Both the position numbers and the translations under genes were made by a program. Below are positions 58,752 through 64,000 of a stretch of 64,000 nucleotides of DNA, in pieces. The first letter of the stretch is position 1, and every line of letters starts with the position of its first letter. This DNA comes from Guyparkeria sp. (GTDB taxonomy: Bacteria > Pseudomonadota > Gammaproteobacteria > Halothiobacillales > Halothiobacillaceae): the NCBI GenBank assembly GCA_041685825.1, contig JAWLFB010000002.1, positions 1,817-65,816 of the forward strand. Direction: 5' to 3'. The notes below the pieces were generated by a model that saw only the letters and a program-made list of their open reading frames with translations, did not search any database and was not told where the DNA came from.

Positions 58752-59020
58752 GACCGATGACTCCGGATCCGTTGATTCGGCCGGGCGGCCAGCGCCACCC
58801 GAGCATGAGCGCCGACAAGCATACCCATTTTGTCCTTGCCGTGCAGCCGCCCGAAAACCGCATACCTGCGCCGCTCGTCGGCCGCGGTTCGGTTGGTGCC
58901 GGCGATCGGTTACTATAGGCGCCGATTCTGTTAGCAGGGCGGCTCTGAATGCCTGCGCATTCAAAGACTTCCTGTCTCCAAAATCCGTTTAACCATTCGA
59001 CTGACACAGAGGACCTTTCC

Positions 59021-60025
59021 ATGTCTGAAGCCAAGCGCCTTTCGCAGTACCTGGCCGAGCACCAGCGCCAGGGCCGCGTCGACGCCGATTTTGTCGGCCT
59101 GATCAGCGACGTGGCCGCCGGCTGCAAGCTTATCGCCGACCAGGTTGGCCGCGGCAACCTCATCGGCCTGCTGGGCTCCGCCGAGACCGAGAACGTCCAG
59201 GGCGAGACCCAGAAGAAGCTCGACATCATCTCCAACGACGAATTCACCGACATCCTGACCGAGGGCGGCCACGTCGCGGGTCTCGCCTCCGAGGAAATGG
59301 ACGAGGTCTACGACCTGCCGGCCGGAAAGCATCGCGGTCCGTACCTGTGCACCTACGACCCGCTGGATGGCTCGTCGAACATCGATGTGAACGTCACCGT
59401 CGGCACCATCTTCTCTGTGCTCAAGGCTCCCACCGGTAAGGAGAATCCGACCGAGGAAGACTTCATGCAGCCGGGCACCGAGCAGGTCGCCGCCGGCTAC
59501 GTGACTTATGGCCCGTCCACCATACTGGTCCTGACCATCGGTGACGGCGTCGACGGCTTCACGCTCGACCGCTCGGTCGGCGAGTTCAAACTGACCCACC
59601 CGAACATGACCATTCCAGAAGACACGGCCGAGTTCGCCATCAACATGTCGAACATGCGTTTCTGGGACGCGCCGGTCAAGCGCTACGTCGACGAGTGCCT
59701 CGCCGGCAAGGAAGGCGAGCGCGACAAGGACTTCAACATGCGCTGGGTCGCATCGATGGTCGCCGAAGTGCACCGCATTCTGGTCCGCGGCGGCGTTTTC
59801 ATGTACCCGATCGACAGCAAGCACCGCGAGCGCGGCGGCAAGCTGCGCCTGATGTACGAGGCGAACCCGATGTCCATGATCGTCGAGCAGGCCGGCGGCC
59901 TGTCGATCACCGGTCCGGACCGGATTATGACCATCGAGCCGCAAAAGCTTCACCAGCGCGTGCCGGTCATCCTGGGCTCCAAGAACGAAGTCCAGCGCAT
60001 CTGGGATTACCACAAGGAAGGCTAA
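59021..60025 (+). CDS. fbp: class 1 fructose-1,6-bisphosphatase
   Basis: [33 protein letters not shown]. Confidence 0.96.
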   Translation: MSEAKRLSQYLAEHQRQGRVDADFVGLISDVAAGCKLIADQVGRGNLIGLLGSAETENVQGETQKKLDIISNDEFTDILTEGGHVAGLASEEMDEVYDLPAGKHRGPYLCTYDPLDGSSNIDVNVTVGTIFSVLKAPTGKENPTEEDFMQPGTEQVAAGYVTYGPSTILVLTIGDGVDGFTLDRSVGEFKLTHPNMTIPEDTAEFAINMSNMRFWDAPVKRYVDECLAGKEGERDKDFNMRWVASMVAEVHRILVRGGVFMYPIDSKHRERGGKLRLMYEANPMSMIVEQAGGLSITGPDRIMTIEPQKLHQRVPVILGSKNEVQRIWDYHKEG

Positions 60026-60051
60026 CGCCTTCCGGACAAACCCGGACACAA

Positions 60052-60090
60052 AAAATCCCCGCGCGTCATCGACTCGCGGGGATTTTCTTT
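60052..60090 (+). terminator. intrinsic terminator after fbp (bidirectional)
   Basis: AAAATCCCCGCG...CGCGGGGATTTTCTTT. Confidence 0.8.
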
Positions 60091-60176
60091 CTTCAAGGCG
60101 GGGGGTTGAAGGCTCGAAGCTTGAAGAGGCAAGCGGACCGACGCGGGTGTACCAAGGGCACCACGCCACGTGAGCC

Positions 60177-60206
60177 GCTTGGAGCTTACCGCTGTAGGCT
60201 CCAAGC
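60177..60206 (-). other. stem-loop abutting the pstB stop
   Basis: GCTTGGAGCTTAC-CGCT-GTAGGCTCCAAGC. Confidence 0.6.
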
Positions 60207-61022
60207 TTAGCCGTAGCGCCCCGTGATGTAGTCCTCGGTCTTCTGGTTGTCAGGGGTAGAGAACATAGTCGCGGTGTCGTTGTACTCGATCACCTTGCCC
60301 AGGTGAAAGAAGGCGGTGTAGTCGGCGACACGCGCGGCCTGCTGCATGTTGTGGGTAACCACGACAATGGTGAAGTCACGCTTGAGCTCGTGCATCAGCT
60401 CCTCGATCGTGGCCGTCGAGATCGGGTCGAGCGCAGAGGTGGGCTCGTCCATCAAGATCACGCTCGGTTGCACAGCGATCGCGCGAGCAATACACAAGCG
60501 CTGTTGCTGGCCACCAGAAAGCGACGTCCCCGGCTGGTCGAGCTGATCCTTGACCTCGTCCCACAGACCAGCGGCACGCAGCGATTGCTCGACCAGTTCG
60601 TCCTGTTCTTTGCCCTTGGCGACGATGTCGTGCATGCGCGGCGCGTAGGCGACGTTCTCGTAGATGCTCTTCGGGAACGGATTGGGCTTCTGGAACACCA
60701 TGCCGACCTTCTTGCGCAACGCCACCTCGTCAACCTGTCTGGAGAGCACGTTCCGGCCCTCCATCATGATCTCCCCTTCGGCGCGGGCTGCGGAAATCAG
60801 GTCGTTCATGCGGTTCAGGCAGCGCAGGAACGTGGACTTGCCACAGCCCGACGGCCCGATCAGCGCGGTGATGTTGTGCTGGTAGATATCCAAGTCGATG
60901 CCATGGAGCGCCGGCTTGTCGCCATACCAGAGCTTGAGATCACGCACGGTCATTTCGATCTCGTGGGTGGTCTCCTTATTGAAGCTTACCGGGGCACCGG
61001 GGGATGCGAGTTTAGTTGTCAT
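60207..61022 (-). CDS. pstB: phosphate ABC transporter ATPase
   Basis: [47 protein letters not shown]. Confidence 0.97.
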   Translation of the reverse strand: MTTKLASPGAPVSFNKETTHEIEMTVRDLKLWYGDKPALHGIDLDIYQHNITALIGPSGCGKSTFLRCLNRMNDLISAARAEGEIMMEGRNVLSRQVDEVALRKKVGMVFQKPNPFPKSIYENVAYAPRMHDIVAKGKEQDELVEQSLRAAGLWDEVKDQLDQPGTSLSGGQQQRLCIARAIAVQPSVILMDEPTSALDPISTATIEELMHELKRDFTIVVVTHNMQQAARVADYTAFFHLGKVIEYNDTATMFSTPDNQKTEDYITGRYG

Positions 61023-61082
61023 GCTCGCCGTACCTGTTGTTGATGAGCGTTCATTGAGTGGCTTCGATCTGCACCTTCGACA

Positions 61083-62249
61083 TTACCAGCGGTGCTCAAA
61101 CTTCTTGCGCAGATACACCGCCGTGGCGTTGAGCGAGATCAGCACCGACAGCAAGACGATAATGCCCGCCGCGGTCCGCTCGACATAGGCTGTCTCGGGC
61201 ATACCAGCCCACGTGAATATCTGCGCCGGCAAGACGGTTGCAGCCTCGGTGAAACTGCTGGGGGCGTCCGGAATGTACGCGATCATGCCGATGATGATCA
61301 GCGGCGCGGTCTCACCCAGGGCCTGCGCCAGACCGATGATCGAACCAGTGAACACGCCCGGCATCGACAGCGGCAGGACGTGATCGCGCACCGTCTGCCA
61401 ACGCGTCGCACCAACGCCGAAAGCGGCTTGGCGGATCGAGTCAGGCACCGCCCGAAGTGCGGCACGCGAGGTGATGATGATGATCGGCAGGGTCATCAGG
61501 CCCAGGGTCAGGCCACCGGCCAAGGCCGAGGAACGTGGCGCGCCGAAGAAATTGATGAATACCGCCAGCCCCAGCAGGCCGAACAGGATCGACGGGATCG
61601 CGGCGAGGTTGTTGATATTGACCTCAAGAAAGCGCGTAAACCGGTTGTCCGGAGCAAATTCCTCCAGATAGACCGCCGTCATCACGCCAACCGGGAAGGC
61701 GAATGCGAGGGTCACGATCAACACCAGTACCGAGCCGATCGCCGCCGAGGCCAGGCCAGCCAATTCCGGCATCTTGGAATCGCCGTTGGTGAAGAACACA
61801 GTGTTGAACTGCAGTTCGGCGCGCCCTTCCTCGACCAGTCGCTCGATCACCTCGATCTGCTTATCCTTGAGACGGGTCTTGCGCCCCTTCAGATACTGGT
61901 CGACCGCATCATCGGCCAGCACCCATTCCGTCTGCTTCGTACCCAGCAGCGATTCGTCTTCGGCCATCCGTCCCGGGATCAGGCGAAGGTAACCCCGACT
62001 GACCACGTCGCGGTAGTCGGCCTCGACCGCCGCCAGCGGCAGTTCGGCAGCCCGTTCGCTGTAATCGATCTCGACCTCAACGTAGGCCTGCTGGAACGCC
62101 GGGATTCCCTTGACCAGCATGTCGGCAAGGAAAAGTAGCAGGAAGAGCGCGGCCGCAATGAGTGCAGCCATCGAAAACCACTTCATCCGGGCGGACTTGC
62201 GGTGGCGCTTTTTCAGCTGACGGGAGATGTCGTCGAGGGACTGAGCCAT
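61083..62249 (-). CDS. pstA: phosphate ABC transporter permease
   Basis: YLEEFA, NLAAIPSI.FGLLG, GETAPL. Confidence 0.95.
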   Translation of the reverse strand: MAQSLDDISRQLKKRHRKSARMKWFSMAALIAAALFLLLFLADMLVKGIPAFQQAYVEVEIDYSERAAELPLAAVEADYRDVVSRGYLRLIPGRMAEDESLLGTKQTEWVLADDAVDQYLKGRKTRLKDKQIEVIERLVEEGRAELQFNTVFFTNGDSKMPELAGLASAAIGSVLVLIVTLAFAFPVGVMTAVYLEEFAPDNRFTRFLEVNINNLAAIPSILFGLLGLAVFINFFGAPRSSALAGGLTLGLMTLPIIIITSRAALRAVPDSIRQAAFGVGATRWQTVRDHVLPLSMPGVFTGSIIGLAQALGETAPLIIIGMIAYIPDAPSSFTEAATVLPAQIFTWAGMPETAYVERTAAGIIVLLSVLISLNATAVYLRKKFEHRW

Positions 62250-62274
62250 GACGGGTTGCTTCCGATTGATCGAA

Positions 62275-63555
62275 TTACAGGTTGCTGACCGCGTATTTCT
62301 CGCGGAAGCGGCGGATCATGAGGACCGAGACGGTATTGAGTGCCAGCGTAATCACGAACAGCACCAGACCGAGGGCGAAGGCCGACAGGGTGGCAGCCGA
62401 CTCAAACTCGTTGTCACCAGTCAGCGACGAGACAATGCTCACGGTCACGGTGGTCATGTCCTCGAGCGGGTTGCCGGTAAGGTTGGGCCGCATGCCCGCC
62501 GCCATGACCACGATCATGGTTTCACCCAGTGCTCGCGAGACACCCAGCAGCGTCGCCGAGATGATGCCCGGCAGCGCGGCGGGCAACACGACGGACCGTA
62601 TCGTTTCCGCCCGCGTGGTACCCAAGGCCAGCGACCCCTCCCGCATGGAGTTGGGGACCGAGTTGATCACGTCGTCGGACAACGAGGAGATAAACGGAAT
62701 GATCATGATGCCCATCACGATCCCGGGCGCCAGCGCGTTATTGAACGACGCGTCCATCCCGACCGATTCCGCCACCGAAACGACCAATGGGGCCACCGTG
62801 ATCGCGGCGAAGAAGCCGTAGACCACGGTCGGGATGCCGGCGAGGACTTCGAGAACCGGCTTGGCCACGTCACGCACCTTAGAGGGTGCGTACTCGGCCA
62901 TGTAAATCGCCGCCGAGACACCGATGGGCACCGCCACCAGCATCGCGATAGCCGTGATCATGAACGTACCCGCGAACAGCGGCACCGCGCCGAAGTTGTT
63001 GGAACCCTCCGGCTCGACATCACTGGCATCCAGTTCGCCGCCTAAGCGGCCGGCACCCTGGAGGAAGGAGTCGCCCGGCGCCCAGGTGGTGCCGGTAATG
63101 AAGTACCAGAAGCTCTCCATTTGGAAGAAGCGGATCGCTTCGAACACGATTGCAAACAGGATGCCGAACGTGGTCAGGATGGAAATCGAGGCCGCGCTGA
63201 CCAGCACCCACTTGACCGCCCCCTCCAGCGAATCCCGGGCGCGCAGTTCGGGCCGGACGCGCTTCAGCCCGACGAACAGGCCGAACGCCCCCAGACCCAG
63301 CGCACCGACCAGCGCCAGCCAGCCGGGGAAGACGTCCTCGAACAGGCCCAGGACGATGGCGGCAAGCATCGCGACGACTACTGCCGGGCCGGCCGCGCTC
63401 AGCACGGTGAACCAAGCGTACTGATCCGGCTGGGAATGCATGTGCACGCCGCCGGCCCGCGCCCGAGCAGCCTTGGAGCGGCCAAGGAAGAACCCCAGCA
63501 CCCCGAGGAGCAGCACCCCGGCAAAGAACGTAATCAGTATCTGGTCGGTCTGCAT
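62275..63555 (-). CDS. pstC: phosphate ABC transporter permease
   Basis: LAGIPTVVYGFF, SLALG.T, SRALGETM. Confidence 0.95.
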   Translation of the reverse strand: MQTDQILITFFAGVLLLGVLGFFLGRSKAARARAGGVHMHSQPDQYAWFTVLSAAGPAVVVAMLAAIVLGLFEDVFPGWLALVGALGLGAFGLFVGLKRVRPELRARDSLEGAVKWVLVSAASISILTTFGILFAIVFEAIRFFQMESFWYFITGTTWAPGDSFLQGAGRLGGELDASDVEPEGSNNFGAVPLFAGTFMITAIAMLVAVPIGVSAAIYMAEYAPSKVRDVAKPVLEVLAGIPTVVYGFFAAITVAPLVVSVAESVGMDASFNNALAPGIVMGIMIIPFISSLSDDVINSVPNSMREGSLALGTTRAETIRSVVLPAALPGIISATLLGVSRALGETMIVVMAAGMRPNLTGNPLEDMTTVTVSIVSSLTGDNEFESAATLSAFALGLVLFVITLALNTVSVLMIRRFREKYAVSNL

Positions 63556-63654
63556 TTCAACGCTTTCCGTCTGGTTGCTTGCACCGCCACGGCATCGCCG
63601 GGCAAGTCCGGATTGGGTCGTCCAAAGCGGCCCATTATTGGGAACTACGCTCCT

Positions 63655-63729
63655 GTTGCAAGCATTCGGTCACCGAAATGCCGAACGCTTGCGACAAGAG
63701 AAAGCCGGCAGAGCTTGCCGCCGGCTTTC
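63655..63729 (-). other. paired intercistronic stem-loops between pstS and pstC
   Basis: GAAAGCCGGC-N10-GCCGGCTTTC (63700-63729) and GTTGCAAGC...GCTTGCGAC (63655-63695). Confidence 0.6.
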
Positions 63730-63779
63730 CCCATCCCTGGGAGGGAATCCGTTCCCCGTCCTTGGGGCGAATCCTTCGC

Positions 63780-64000
63780 TTATTTCAGATCAGAGATCTC
63801 GAGCTTGGCGCGATTCGCCACTTGATCCTGCCACTCTTCGAGCTCAGCCTGCGGCAGCGTGATCAGGCCGATGCCCTTGAGGTAGCCAAGGTCACTGACC
63901 ATCTTGTCGCTCATGAACAGGTCGATGTAGTCAGCCATGGCCGGGACGTCCTCGGAGTGGCTGTTCTTGACGTAGAACCACAGCGAACGGGCGATCGGGT
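63780..64000 (-). CDS. pstS: phosphate-binding protein, 3' part (truncated at right edge)
   Basis: Read manually: PIARSLWFYVKNSH...GYLKGIGLITLP...SDLK*; upstream of pstC. Confidence 0.85.
   Translation of the reverse strand, partial: PIARSLWFYVKNSHSEDVPAMADYIDLFMSDKMVSDLGYLKGIGLITLPQAELEEWQDQVANRAKLEISDLK

Noticed and set aside
60104-60126. Short 7-bp-like periodic repeats (also 28770-28800)
   Set aside because: Only two to three imperfect copies; cannot be distinguished from chance

Overview
High-GC gammaproteobacterial chromosome segment, mostly core genome. soxYZ, a class 1 fbp and rpe suggest a chemolithoautotrophic sulfur oxidiser; a Guyparkeria/Halothiobacillus-like host is an inference only. 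Gene order: partial unknown ORF, rluE, 5'-3' exonuclease, malic enzyme, DUF192, OmpA lipoprotein, bioF, sensor kinase plus sigma-54 activator, then a stand-alone soxYZ operon with a clear -24/-12 promoter, an IHF-like site and TTGCA-N3-TGCAA palindromes. Next come dtd, pip, ttcA, two lipid A acyltransferases, the def-fmt-rsmB-DUF4390-ntrY-ntrX-trkA-trkH operon, LysM/TsaP-dprA(pseudo)-smg-topA-tsaC-hemF, nuclease, rpmE2, comF(pseudo), bioB, a secreted YyaL/DsbD-N fusion, PPK2, a nonsense-split diguanylate cyclase, mgtE, rlmM, a decayed toxin-antitoxin patch, trpE-gph-rpe, ubiC-like/ggt/thiS, yrfG, yggX-mutY-asmA, moaD, a CBM48 protein, a PilZ protein, fbp and pstBACS. No rRNA, tRNA, CRISPR array or transposase was seen. 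Most notable: (1) a complete, readable sigma-54 regulatory module for soxYZ with a candidate enhancer motif; (2) parallel decay of two natural-transformation genes, dprA and comF; (3) a toxin-stripped higA/doc relic within a hairpin-rich tract; (4) unannotated candidate leader peptides upstream of trpE (Trp-rich) and mgtE (Pro/Arg-rich, with a hairpin over the SD); (5) degenerate REP-like elements. All calls come from reading motifs by eye; no database searches were run.
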